Source of the DNA: an uncultured Gemmatimonadota bacterium
GTDB taxonomy: Bacteria > JAAXHH01
Assembly: GCA_951812955.1 (NCBI GenBank)
Contig: OX638340.1
Coordinates: 1,760,001-1,824,000 of the forward strand
Direction of reading: 5' to 3'
Length of the DNA: 64,000 bases
Part shown: in pieces, positions 1-9,234 of the stretch
Layout of the letters: each line of letters begins with the position of its first letter
How positions within the stretch are numbered: the first letter of the stretch is position 1
Notes under the pieces: generated by a model
Database searches by the model: none
The model's input: the letters and a program-made list of their open reading frames with translations, nothing else
What the model was told of the DNA's origin: nothing
Program-made: the position numbers and the translations under genes

Positions 1-479
1 CGACCGCCGGTCTCGGCGATATCCTTGTAGGACACTCCCGATTTCAGCAGGGCAATAACCGCCTTGGCATTGACCAGCGAGATGTTCTGTTCAAGGCCTT
101 CCCTGAGGCGGTTTCGCCAGTATTCCGCGTCGCCCGATTGATCCCGGGAACCCGATACCCAGACATCGCCGTTACGGGTCTCGACGGCGTACACCGGCAC
201 GTCGTCCGCGAAGAGATCAAAGGTACAGCCGCTCTCAAGGTCGAAGTCCGCATGGTGCCAGTGGCAGGTCAGAATGCCGTCCTTGATCGTGCCGCGATGC
301 AGCGGAAAACCCATGTGGGGACAGCGGTTGTCCACGGCGTGCACCTGCCCGTCGTCATGATGGAACACGGCGATCGGTCCGTCGTTGCCGCTGACGACGA
401 TGCTCCCCTTCTCCTTCAGTTCATCCACCGATGCGACCCGGATCGGGTCACGCAAGGCCGTCTTCGAGGTGCCGTTCAT
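1..479 (-). CDS. Rieske [2Fe-2S] domain protein, 5' portion; the gene runs off the window start
   Basis: Minus-strand translation from ATG at 479 (GAGGAG RBS just upstream) gives MNGTSKTALRDP...HAVDNRCPHMGFPLHRG...LTCHWHHADFDL. This is the CXH...CXXH Rieske motif. Absent from the ORF track because no stop codon lies inside the window. Confidence 0.6.
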   Translation of the reverse strand, partial: MNGTSKTALRDPIRVASVDELKEKGSIVVSGNDGPIAVFHHDDGQVHAVDNRCPHMGFPLHRGTIKDGILTCHWHHADFDLESGCTFDLFADDVPVYAVETRNGDVWVSGSRDQSGDAEYWRNRLREGLEQNISLVNAKAVIALLKSGVSYKDIAETGG

Positions 480-649
480 GATGATTCTCCTCAGGCTGCG
501 ATTCGATGATTGTACGTTGTATCATAACAAAATATAGGTGCTGCTATTCAATTTATGTATACAAACCAATAAGTCAATAATATTATTTATAAAATATATT
601 TAATTATTATTGTTCCCATTTTTAAATTACACTTTATAATACGAGGAGA

Positions 650-1321
650 TTGCACCAACGTACGGGACAGTCGCTTAATTCGCGGAGCATGACCATGCCA
701 CAACGGGAAGGCGCCACCCGCCGCCAGATTCTGGAGTTGCTCAAACGACGGGGCGACATGACGGCCGGGCAACTCGCCGAAGAAATTGGGATCACTTCCA
801 TGGGCGTTCGCCAACACCTGAGCGGCCTTGAGCGCGACGACCTGGTCGAGACGCGGGTCGTGCGGCAGGACCGCGGCCGGCCGGCGCACTACTTCGGCCT
901 GACGAATGAGGCGGAGCACCTTTTCCCGGCTCGATACGGCCAACTCGCGGTGGAACTGCTCGAACAGATTGCCGAAATCGACGGACCGGAGAAGGCAGAC
1001 AACCTCTTCGCGCTTCGTACGGAGCGTCTCGAGCAGGCCTACAAAGAAGAGATGGCCGGGCAACCCCTGGCGGATCGGGTGCGCGTCCTCGGCGAAATCC
1101 GGGACCGGGAGGGATACATGGCCGAATCCCATCCGGAAGGTGATGAGTACGTCCTGGTGGAACACCACTGCCCGATCTACGAAATTGCCCGCCGTTTCCC
1201 CCGGGTCTGCCAGCTCGAACAGGAGTTGTTCGAACGAACGCTGGATGCCGGAGTCCGCAGGGACGAACACAAGATACTCGGCGACAACCGGTGCCGTTAC
1301 CTGGTCCGAAAGCGCGATTGA
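650..1321 (+). CDS. Winged-helix transcriptional regulator (ArsR/MarR-like N-terminal HTH) with a Cys-containing C-terminal domain
   Basis: N-terminal RRQILELLKRRGDMTAGQLAEEIGITSMGVRQHLSGLERDDLVE reads as a winged-helix HTH. C-terminal HHCPIYE/PRVCQLE/NRCRY Cys motifs. Start uncertain: TTG at 650 or ATG at 689 (MTMPQ). Confidence 0.5.
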   Translation: MHQRTGQSLNSRSMTMPQREGATRRQILELLKRRGDMTAGQLAEEIGITSMGVRQHLSGLERDDLVETRVVRQDRGRPAHYFGLTNEAEHLFPARYGQLAVELLEQIAEIDGPEKADNLFALRTERLEQAYKEEMAGQPLADRVRVLGEIRDREGYMAESHPEGDEYVLVEHHCPIYEIARRFPRVCQLEQELFERTLDAGVRRDEHKILGDNRCRYLVRKRD

Positions 1322-1415
1322 CGGCGAGCGAACGGCACCTGGTAAAAAATGAGATCGGCGGCCGGCTACCGGCTTGCCTGTATGGTCCGAAAGCGCGATT
1401 GACGGCCGGCTACCG
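1300..1415. repeat. Direct repeat: the 23-bp 3' end of the regulator gene (ggtccgaaagcgcgattgacggc, 1304-1326) recurs exactly at 1384-1406; ggccggctaccg also occurs twice
   Basis: Read directly from the sequence. Copy 1 includes the TGA stop of the 650..1321 CDS. Confidence 0.7.
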
Positions 1416-1441
1416 ACCTGGCTGGATGCAGGGCGTTTCCC

Positions 1442-2467
1442 ATGAGCAAACCACGAATCTGGTACCTGCCGACGCCGTCTCACACTGCCGGCGTCTTCAA
1501 GGATGAAACCTACCGGCGATTGCTGGCGAGTTTCGACGTGGTAGTGAACGAAACCGACCGCGCGATGACCGCCGGCGAGGTGGAAGAAGGGATAGCCGGC
1601 TTTGACGGACTCGTCACCGGATGGGGCGTCATGCCGATCAGCGGGACAGCCCTGGAGCGGGCCGATCGATTGAAGTTCGTCGTGCACTCCGCCGGATCGG
1701 TCAAATACCTATTCACCTCCGAGATGGTCGCCGGCCACTTGGCGCCCAGGGGAATCCGTGTCGTCAGCGCGCGGGGTGCCATCGCCCTGAATGTGGCGGA
1801 ACACGCGGTCGGCGCACTGATCATGATGAGCCGCCGGTGGGTCCACGATGCACTCAACATTCGGAATCGGGGCATGTGGCGGGATCCGGACAAGAACTGG
1901 TCTAACCAGTTTTTACGGGGCTCCGTGGTGGGTATCGTGAGCGCCAGCATGGTGGGTCGGGAGGTGATCCGGCTTCTCCAGCCCTTCAACGTCCGCATCC
2001 TCGTTTTCGATCCTTACCTGAGCGATTGGGACGCCGGCCGCATGAACGTGGAACGAGTGGACATGGACACGCTGTTCGAGACATCGGACATGGTTACCAT
2101 CCACGCGCCGTCAATCCCGGAGACGGAACGCATGATCGGCGCGGAACAGCTTCGGCTCCTGCGCGACGACGCCGTCCTGGTCAATACCTCGCGGGGATCC
2201 GTCCTGGACCACGACGCGCTGTACGAAGAAGCCAGGACCGGCAGAATCCAGGTCCAGCTGGACGTGACCACCCCTGAACCCCTGCCGCCCGATCACAGAT
2301 TGCGCGGCCTCCCCAACGTGGTCATCACGCCCCACAGCTCGGGAACCGGCGCTTACGGCCACCTCGAGATCGGCGAGATAACGCTGAGCGCGCTGGAGCA
2401 CATTTTCTCGGGACGGGAACCGGTGCCGGGCGAGGTGGACCTGGCGTGCTGGGCGCAGATTGCGTAG
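1442..2467 (+). CDS. D-isomer-specific 2-hydroxyacid dehydrogenase family protein (NAD-binding)
   Basis: Family-typical layout: NAD-binding Rossmann segment (VGIVSASMVGREV...VFDPY), VNTSRG and HAP/ITPHSSG catalytic-region motifs, 341 aa. Confidence 0.75.
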   Translation: MSKPRIWYLPTPSHTAGVFKDETYRRLLASFDVVVNETDRAMTAGEVEEGIAGFDGLVTGWGVMPISGTALERADRLKFVVHSAGSVKYLFTSEMVAGHLAPRGIRVVSARGAIALNVAEHAVGALIMMSRRWVHDALNIRNRGMWRDPDKNWSNQFLRGSVVGIVSASMVGREVIRLLQPFNVRILVFDPYLSDWDAGRMNVERVDMDTLFETSDMVTIHAPSIPETERMIGAEQLRLLRDDAVLVNTSRGSVLDHDALYEEARTGRIQVQLDVTTPEPLPPDHRLRGLPNVVITPHSSGTGAYGHLEIGEITLSALEHIFSGREPVPGEVDLACWAQIA

Positions 2468-2551
2468 GGTGGGCTAGAGGTGGTCAGACAAAGTCACTAT
2501 AATGAATCTGTACGGCTCTATAAATAAACCGTCAATTCACGCTATTGTACT

Positions 2552-2983
2552 TTACTTGGAATTGAGCGCGAAGCGTGACAGCATCTCACAAATCTTTTTA
2601 GGCGGCCTGGGCCATGAATATGTGCCTCGTTCCCAAGAAAGTGTTTCAAAAGTTTCTGGCGATGCCTCTTCCACAATACGCATTAATTCATCATGCAGAA
2701 TCAGGTGCCAGATATCGCCTATCCTGAAACACATGTGCAGGTTCTTTCCAATGTACTTCCTGTCAACTAACATGCGTCCCTTGAGTTGAACTTTCAGGGT
2801 TTGATCACCATCTTTGTGATATGCCAAAAAATCAGCACCTTGCCAGTCGTCTGACAACTTGATACAGTTGAAGCCGTAATCAGCAAGTTTACTTGCTACT
2901 TTGTGGAAGTTGTATATCTCCTTCTGCTTGCTATTCAGTTCATCATAGTTAATTCTATCCAGTTTCATGCATCGTTTCTCCAT
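2552..2983 (-). CDS. Hypothetical protein on an AT-rich single-gene insertion; possible small PD-(D/E)xK-like fold
   Basis: ORF lies in a ~520-bp low-GC patch (2470-2990) flanked by high-GC genes. Weak D...D...VQLK pattern (GADFLAY...GDQTLKVQLKGR). No confident family. Confidence 0.35.
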   Translation of the reverse strand: MEKRCMKLDRINYDELNSKQKEIYNFHKVASKLADYGFNCIKLSDDWQGADFLAYHKDGDQTLKVQLKGRMLVDRKYIGKNLHMCFRIGDIWHLILHDELMRIVEEASPETFETLSWERGTYSWPRPPKKICEMLSRFALNSK

Positions 2984-3867
2984 AGTTGCACCCGCCGCCG
3001 CGCCGCACCCACCGTATTCTCCATCAACATGGCCACGGTCATGGGACCGACTCCCCCGATGCGGGGCGTGATCCAGCCGGCGACTTCCGCCACATCGTCA
3101 TCCACGTCGCTCAGGAGCTTCTTGCCCCTCCGGGTGATGCCCGCGGCTACTACGGCCGCGCCGGGTTTCACCATGTCTTTCTTGATCAGTCCGGGCGAAC
3201 CCGCGGCGGCTACGATGATATCGGCTTCGCGCAGGTGGGCGGCCATGTCGGGCACGGCCGAATGCAGTACCGTAACCGCCGCGTTGCAGTTGGGCCTTTT
3301 TAACGACAGCAGCAGGGCCAACGGGCGGCCGATGGTCAGTCCACGGCCGACGATTGCCACGTTTTTCCCTTCAATGGGTACACCGTAATGGACCAGTAAG
3401 GCGAGGATGCCGTTGGGCGTACAGGGCAGGGGACCCGGCTTGCCGATCACCAGCCGGCCCAGGTTGATGGGATTGAGTCCGTCCGCGTCCTTGTCCGGCG
3501 CCACGGAGAGCAGCGCTTCGTCCTCGTCGAGCCAATCCGGCAGCGGGATCTGCACGAGGATGGCGTCGACCTCCGGATCTTCGTTCAAGCGGCCGATATT
3601 CTGTAGCAGTTCCTCTTGCGAAGTGGATGCGGGCAGGTGGGTATGGATACTCCAAATGCCGATCTCCTCACACGCCCGGTGCTTCATGGAGATATAGGTC
3701 GCGCTGGGCCCGTCGTCTCCGACCAGGATCGTCGCCAGACCCGGCGTGATCCCCTGCTCGCGCATTTCGGCCGTTTCTTTCGCGAGCCTGGCCTGTATTT
3801 CGTCGGCCAGCTTGCGGCCGCTCATGATGACCGGGCCTTTGCCGGAACTCATTGGCTTACCTTTCAT
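2965..3867 (-). CDS. folD: Bifunctional methylenetetrahydrofolate dehydrogenase/cyclohydrolase FolD
   Basis: Full-length match to the FolD pattern (ILVGDDGPSATYISMKHRACEEIGI, NAAVTVLHS, GGVGPMTVAMLMENTV). True start is probably an internal Met (3852 or 3825). Confidence 0.9.
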   Translation of the reverse strand: MKGKPMSSGKGPVIMSGRKLADEIQARLAKETAEMREQGITPGLATILVGDDGPSATYISMKHRACEEIGIWSIHTHLPASTSQEELLQNIGRLNEDPEVDAILVQIPLPDWLDEDEALLSVAPDKDADGLNPINLGRLVIGKPGPLPCTPNGILALLVHYGVPIEGKNVAIVGRGLTIGRPLALLLSLKRPNCNAAVTVLHSAVPDMAAHLREADIIVAAAGSPGLIKKDMVKPGAAVVAAGITRRGKKLLSDVDDDVAEVAGWITPRIGGVGPMTVAMLMENTVGAARRRVQLWRNDA

Positions 3868-3924
3868 ACAATCAATCGTATCGCGCCACCAAATTTCGGT
3901 GCGCTGATCGCATCACCCCGGTAG

Positions 3925-5364
3925 TCACTCGATCCCCGCGGCTTTCTTCGCGATATCCATGCACCGCAGCAGGTCGTAACCCCGGAAGATCGTGATCTTC
4001 TGCGCCTCGAGCGAACCCTCGGCATGGATGGCCAACAGTTCATGGTACCCGCCGAAATCCGAAGCCGTCAGATCGCGGATGAGATTGATGGCCTTCATCC
4101 GGTCCATGGTCGGCACGCCCTTGCGGCCGCCCAGGTAGCGCTCCAGGTCGTCCTTCGTCTCGTCGTTGTGCCAGTCCGCTTCAGACGGACCCGTGACCAG
4201 CAGGGCACCGGCGATGTCCTGCACGTCCCGCACGGCCTCGTGATAGTTGTTGGCGAAATGATACTTGGCGATGTTGGTCGTGAGCGTGTCCGGCACCGCG
4301 ATGCCGTCCACCACCTTGCAGTCCATGGCGGCCGCCCGGGTCAGGGCGCGGACCGTCTCGGTGTAGGTAATGAGCCGCGTGGCCTTGTCGCGGATGTGGC
4401 TCGCCTTCTCCACCCCGTTGTACACGGCAATCAGCGCGGCGGCGCCGATGAAGAGGTCGAGGAGTGGCGGCTTGTAGGACACGGCCGTGAAACGGTGAAA
4501 CTCCACGAAGGCGTTCGCCAGCACCCCGGCGAAATCCCACTCGCCGGCCAGGAATACGCGCTCGTTCGGGACGAACACGTCGTCGAACACGGTCAGGGTC
4601 TCGACCAGGTGGTGTTTCGAACTGACCGGGTGATGATAGGTACTCTCTCCCGAGAACCCGAAGGGACTGGCGATGAGCCGGACGCCCGGCGTGTTGACGG
4701 GTACGGAAAACGCCACGGCATAGTCCTGGTCTTCCTCTGAAATCGCCCGGGTTGGCAGCACGATCACGTCGTCCACGTAGGCGGTGCCCGTTGTATGGGC
4801 CTTGGCGCCCCGGACCACGATACCATCGGGCCGGCGCTCCACGATGCGCACGTAGTAGTCGGGATGGGTCTGCTGGGAGGGCAGGCGGCTGCGGTCTCCT
4901 TTGGCGTCCGTCTGCGCCACGGCCAGGCTCAGGTCGCGGTCGCGGCATGCGGCATGGTAGTTCTTCACGCGTTCCAGATAGTTGGTGCCATGCTTCTCGT
5001 CGATCTGCCGCGCGACGAGCCGCAGGGAAAACAGGGCGTCCGTGCCGATCTCCTTGATGAGCAGCACCACGCCGCTGCCCTCGCGGGTGCTCGTCTCGAT
5101 CATTTCCCGTCGCTTCAACAGGTCTTCCGTATTGGCCGGCGGGATGAAGTAACGGCTGACGCGTTCGCCCGTCTCGGGACAAATCACCGTGAACAGGTCC
5201 CTGTGGGCCTCGTCTTCGGCGAGTTGGTAGTCAAGGGCCGTGTGCTCAGCGCCTGCGCGCAATTCCGGGTGCTCCATGAGATCCGGCACCCGCTCGCCGC
5301 GAAAGTAGATCGTCCTGCCGTCCCGCAAACCTTCCAGATATTCTGAAGCCGTTCTCAGACCCAT
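3925..5364 (-). CDS. 4-hydroxyphenylacetate 3-monooxygenase oxygenase-component (HpaB) family flavin-dependent monooxygenase
   Basis: ~480 aa with HpaB/4-hydroxybutyryl-CoA dehydratase family similarity along its length. ORF trimmed to ATG 5364 (MGLRTASEYL) with a GGAGAG RBS; the upstream 72 codons look like read-through. Confidence 0.7.
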   Translation of the reverse strand: MGLRTASEYLEGLRDGRTIYFRGERVPDLMEHPELRAGAEHTALDYQLAEDEAHRDLFTVICPETGERVSRYFIPPANTEDLLKRREMIETSTREGSGVVLLIKEIGTDALFSLRLVARQIDEKHGTNYLERVKNYHAACRDRDLSLAVAQTDAKGDRSRLPSQQTHPDYYVRIVERRPDGIVVRGAKAHTTGTAYVDDVIVLPTRAISEEDQDYAVAFSVPVNTPGVRLIASPFGFSGESTYHHPVSSKHHLVETLTVFDDVFVPNERVFLAGEWDFAGVLANAFVEFHRFTAVSYKPPLLDLFIGAAALIAVYNGVEKASHIRDKATRLITYTETVRALTRAAAMDCKVVDGIAVPDTLTTNIAKYHFANNYHEAVRDVQDIAGALLVTGPSEADWHNDETKDDLERYLGGRKGVPTMDRMKAINLIRDLTASDFGGYHELLAIHAEGSLEAQKITIFRGYDLLRCMDIAKKAAGIE

Positions 5365-5528
5365 ATCACTCTCCGAATGCTGGTTTACAACAATGACTTT
5401 TTGTCCGCGGCGCCAGGTCCCTGTCGACACTTCGGCGCGTATCCAGCGGCGATTCCACCGCCAGGCCGCCGTCCATCCTCCATCGATCGTCAGCTCTTCT
5501 AAGTGTTTCCATCGGCGATTTCGAATCG

Positions 5529-6278
5529 CTACGTCGCCGTCCAACCTCCGTCGGCCGATAAAACGGCACCCGTTGTCCATGCGGCCTCGTCCGAAGCCAG
5601 ATGCAAAATCGCGCGGGCAATCTCGTCAGGCGTGCCGAATCGGCCCATGGGATGGCGTTTCTTCAACCGGTCGTACAGGGTGGTATGATCCCGCACAGAT
5701 CTGTTCATAGGCGTGTGTACCCAGCCTGGGGCCACGGAATTGACCCGTATGCCGCGGTCGGCGTATTCGACGGCCAGGACGCGCGTCAGCTGGTCGAGGC
5801 CCGCCTTGGAAGCGCCATAGGCCGCCGCTCCCTTCATGCCCGTTTGCCCAAGGACGGAGCTGACATTGACAATACTCCCGGAGCCCTGGGCAATCATGCC
5901 TGGCAGTACCGCCCGGATGAGACGGAACGCACCGGAAAGATTGGTCCCGATGGTCTCGTCCCAGAGTTCGTCACTGATCTCATCGGCCCTCGTCAACGTC
6001 GACGTGCCCGCATTGTTCACCAGCACGTCGATACGGCCGAAAGCGGCCGTCGTTTCTTTGGCCATGCGCCGGCAATCTTCCGTTTTGGCCACATCCCCGG
6101 ACACGGCCACTACGCGTCCGCCGGCGGCCTTTATTGCGGCAACAACTTCATCGAGCGGCGCCTTCCGACGGCCCGTGACGCAGACCGCGGCGCCTTCCTC
6201 GGCGAAGAGGCGGGCCGTGGCGGCCCCGATCCCCGTACCGCCACCGGTAATAAGCGCGACACGATCTTTCATCCTCAC
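5529..6278 (-). CDS. SDR family NAD(P)-dependent oxidoreductase
   Basis: TGGGTGIG glycine-rich motif, NNAG motif, catalytic YGASK; 249 aa. Confidence 0.85.
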   Translation of the reverse strand: MRMKDRVALITGGGTGIGAATARLFAEEGAAVCVTGRRKAPLDEVVAAIKAAGGRVVAVSGDVAKTEDCRRMAKETTAAFGRIDVLVNNAGTSTLTRADEISDELWDETIGTNLSGAFRLIRAVLPGMIAQGSGSIVNVSSVLGQTGMKGAAAYGASKAGLDQLTRVLAVEYADRGIRVNSVAPGWVHTPMNRSVRDHTTLYDRLKKRHPMGRFGTPDEIARAILHLASDEAAWTTGAVLSADGGWTAT

Positions 6279-7138
6279 GGCCGGCTCTCCTCGAGAAACT
6301 TCTCGACCGGCGCGCCGTCGGTACGCGCACCTTCGATCAGTTCACTACCGGTTAACGCACCCTCTCCAAATATGACAGGAAATGTCTCTCCGGTTTTAAC
6401 CGCATGCGTAGCGGCATCCATGTAAGCAATACTGAAGGCCCGCCGCGGCTTGCCTGTCGGGTTCCGCGCCGAGCGGTGCAGGAGCAGGTTGTTCAGGAGG
6501 ATGGCCTCGCCCGCCTCGGCTTCCATGTGGATGCAATCTTCGTCCCTTGCGTACCTGGCCTGATCGGCTTCGGAAGGGAAGTGCATTTCATTGATGACCC
6601 CGTGTTTATGGCTGCCAGGCACCACCTGCATGCAGCCGTTTTCGACCGTCGCCGCATCGAGGGCGGTCCAGATCGTCACCTCCGGGTTCGAATCCAGCCC
6701 CCAACCGATGCCGACGTCCTGGTGCCAGGGTAGATGGGTGCCATGCTCGGCCGGTTTGTTCATGAACATGGCGCGGAAAATGGAGACGTTGGGACCGATG
6801 AGGGCCTCCGTAATCTCTCGAAATACCGGGTGCTGCATATACCCCAGGAATAGCGGATCCAGTTGCAGGTCGTCGATGCGCCGATATGCGAGTGTCCCTT
6901 CGCTTTCCTCGAAGGTCCTGGTCGGCAGTTTGCCGTATTCGCCCGTGGTCGTATCGCGCTGCATGGGCATGCCTTCGTACCGGACATTCCCCAGCATAAT
7001 TTCATCAATGCGGTCGCACATCGCCTGTAAATGGCCGCTTGAAGCTACCTGACCAAGGCGCAGGTAGCCGTCTTCGGCAAACCGTGCCACCTCCCTCATG
7101 CCGAACTGATGAATGGACATTGGCTCCTCCTTCTGCAT
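6275..7138 (-). CDS. Phytanoyl-CoA dioxygenase (PhyH) family Fe(II)/2OG oxygenase
   Basis: WHQD (H-x-D facial-triad motif) and overall PhyH-like length and sequence. 4-bp overlap with the downstream SDR gene suggests an operon. Confidence 0.7.
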   Translation of the reverse strand: MQKEEPMSIHQFGMREVARFAEDGYLRLGQVASSGHLQAMCDRIDEIMLGNVRYEGMPMQRDTTTGEYGKLPTRTFEESEGTLAYRRIDDLQLDPLFLGYMQHPVFREITEALIGPNVSIFRAMFMNKPAEHGTHLPWHQDVGIGWGLDSNPEVTIWTALDAATVENGCMQVVPGSHKHGVINEMHFPSEADQARYARDEDCIHMEAEAGEAILLNNLLLHRSARNPTGKPRRAFSIAYMDAATHAVKTGETFPVIFGEGALTGSELIEGARTDGAPVEKFLEESRP

Positions 7139-7153
7139 CGCATCGATGGATCG

Positions 7154-7954
7154 CTACAGCACCCCGGCGAAACGAAAGAAGTTTTCCAGGATCTTCCGGC
7201 CGTGGGGATAGACATCCACATAGTATTCCGGATGGAACTGCGTGCCGTACAAAGGCCGCTCCCTGTGCTTTATCGCCTGGATCCGGCAGTTTTCGTTCGA
7301 CGCGATGAGGTCGAAATCCGGCGGCACCGTCTTCATCTCCGCATAGTGCGACTGCCGCACGATCACCGGATCGGGCAACTCATCGAACAGCGGATCCGGT
7401 TGCATCACGGTCACCGGGTGGAATCCCTCTTCGCAGAAATAGCCCAGGGCATCGGGATTGGGATCGAGAACGTCCGGTTCGCCCGGCAGCAGCGGCCGCA
7501 TCATCTCGTCCTCGAGCTGCGTCAGGTTTCGAAAGCCATTGTTGAACATGAACCCCATAAGTTGGTGGCTAGCGCACAGTCCCATGGTGGGCACGTCCGC
7601 CATCGCATTCATCGTATCTTCGAAGCCATAGAATGCATCGGGCTTGAAATGCTGGAAAAAGGTACCGCAACCGCTGAGCAAAATGGCCCGGGGATTCAAC
7701 GGCTTCACGATATCGGGCGTCATCTGCTCCTGGTGCAGCATCAGGCAGGGCTGCCCGGAAACGTCTTCGAGCCGCCGTTTCAACCAGAAATCCCGACCGT
7801 CTTTATTATAGGATTCCGGCGTCCCTATGCGAATCCAGATGATCAATTGACCCTCACGCGGTCCTCGCGCTTCAAGCCCTGCGGCCTTGTCAAAACGTGG
7901 TTTGAGGCTTACCGGATTGGTAATGCAGGATAAATAAACGAGGGGAAATTGCAA
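7154..7954 (-). CDS. Class I glutamine amidotransferase-like protein
   Basis: LLSGCGT, MGLCASHQL (G-x-C-x-G nucleophile elbow), QFHPE (His/Glu of the triad). N-terminal beta strand LIIWIRIGTPES. Start uncertain (TTG at 7954 per the ORF track). Confidence 0.6.
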   Translation of the reverse strand: MQFPLVYLSCITNPVSLKPRFDKAAGLEARGPREGQLIIWIRIGTPESYNKDGRDFWLKRRLEDVSGQPCLMLHQEQMTPDIVKPLNPRAILLSGCGTFFQHFKPDAFYGFEDTMNAMADVPTMGLCASHQLMGFMFNNGFRNLTQLEDEMMRPLLPGEPDVLDPNPDALGYFCEEGFHPVTVMQPDPLFDELPDPVIVRQSHYAEMKTVPPDFDLIASNENCRIQAIKHRERPLYGTQFHPEYYVDVYPHGRKILENFFRFAGVL

Positions 7955-8121
7955 GGCATTTCACCGTTCCCGTACATCGTCGGCGCAACCCTCCTGAACG
8001 TATTCCCGCGACCCGACACATTCCTCCGACCCCGGGAATATACCCTTGCTTTTCGCACCTTCCTATTTACTATGCATGGGATATCGTCCTACCAAACCAC
8101 TATACAAGCAAGGATTATGCG

Positions 8122-9054
8122 ATGATTGTCATGGCTACGAACAATGGCGACGTGGGCATCCGGCAGGCGGTGGCCGCGCTCAAGGAAGGAAAGACCGCGG
8201 TGGACGCCATCGAAATCGGCATTCGGGAGGTGGAGGTGCACCGGCCGGACCGAAGCGTGGGGCTCCACGGCTATCCCAATATCCTCGGCTATCCCCAGCT
8301 GGACGCGCTCATCATGGATGGACGCACCCGCGACGTGGGAGCCGTAGGCGCGGTGACGGGCTACGATCATCCGATCTCGATCGCCCGCTGCGTAATGGAA
8401 AAGCTGATCCACGTGTTTCTCGTTGCCGACGGCGCGGAGCGGTTCGCCAGCGAAATGGGCTTTGATAAAAGCACCTACGTGGATCCCGAAATGCCCGAGA
8501 TTTACGCGAAGCACGTGCGCGAGCAACTGGGGATCGACGATCCCGATGAAATTCAGCACACAAAGGAGCTTTGGAAGCTCAGCCACCTGGCCGTCGATCC
8601 GCAGAAGGCCGGGGGCACGACCAACTTCATCGCGCAGGACGGCAAGGGCGACATCTGCGTGGGCGTGAGCACGAGCGGCTGGGGGTGGAAGTACCCAGGC
8701 CGCCTTGGGGATTCCCCGGTCATCAGCGCGGGCGGTTTCGCGGACAATCGCTACGGCGCCGCAGCGTGCACGGGCACCGGCGAACTGGCTATCCGGACCG
8801 GCGCTGCGAGGAATGTGGTGACTTACATGAAGATGGGCATGTCCCTGGAGGAGGCCACGGCCGAGGGGCTGCGCGACATGAACGAGCTCGATTCCCAGCG
8901 CGTGGGCGGCGTACAGATCATCTCCCTGGACGCCAGCGGCGCCCATATGGCAGGCACCACCTCAGACCGGAAGGGCAGCCACGTTTTCATGACGGCCGAC
9001 ATGGACGAGCCGGAATTCGTCGACGGCATCTCGGTGCCGTACGAGGGCTCGTAG
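8122..9054 (+). CDS. Ntn-hydrolase asparaginase family protein (isoaspartyl peptidase / glycosylasparaginase-like)
   Basis: GGTTNF... nucleophile-Thr region, DICVGVSTSGWGWKYPGRLGDSPVISAGGFADNRYGAAACTGTGE; typical ~310-aa plant-type asparaginase architecture. Confidence 0.8.
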   Translation: MIVMATNNGDVGIRQAVAALKEGKTAVDAIEIGIREVEVHRPDRSVGLHGYPNILGYPQLDALIMDGRTRDVGAVGAVTGYDHPISIARCVMEKLIHVFLVADGAERFASEMGFDKSTYVDPEMPEIYAKHVREQLGIDDPDEIQHTKELWKLSHLAVDPQKAGGTTNFIAQDGKGDICVGVSTSGWGWKYPGRLGDSPVISAGGFADNRYGAAACTGTGELAIRTGAARNVVTYMKMGMSLEEATAEGLRDMNELDSQRVGGVQIISLDASGAHMAGTTSDRKGSHVFMTADMDEPEFVDGISVPYEGS

Positions 9055-9130
9055 AAGGCATCTCTGTACCGCGTCAAATCGTAGAGCGTTCAGAAAAGGC
9101 ATCTCGGTACTATTCGAAAGCTCGTAAATA
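9025..9130. repeat. Degenerate tandem echoes of the asparaginase gene 3' end (three ~30-bp units, each ending tcgtag or tcgtaaatag)
   Basis: ggcatctcggtgccgtacgagggctcgtag (CDS end), then aaggcatctctgtaccgcgtcaaatcgtag, then aaaaggcatctcggtactattcgaaagctcgtaaatag. Confidence 0.6.
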
Positions 9131-9234
9131 GAATCGGACGCGGTTGAACGGCGCGGTCAATCGGACGCCAAATTGGACGAAGACGATCGGAGTGTCGGCC
9201 GCGGAATCAAACGCGGCCAAACGGAGCAGCCCAG

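Noticed and set aside
587-1687. 366-aa minus-strand ORF spanning the regulator and the start of the dehydrogenase gene
   Set aside because: It is antisense to two well-supported genes in high-GC DNA, where stop codons are rare by chance. The translation is low-complexity and Arg/Pro-rich with no family resemblance.
4181-5182. 333-aa minus-frame ORF, plus several 100-240-aa plus-strand ORFs, inside the HpaB-family gene
   Set aside because: They overlap a confidently assigned 480-aa gene. Arg/Gly/Pro-rich translations are typical of GC-rich frame artefacts.
8089-8946. 285-aa minus-strand ORF and other alternative-frame ORFs over the asparaginase gene
   Set aside because: Antisense to a gene with clear Ntn-hydrolase motifs. 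No RBS and no recognisable domains.
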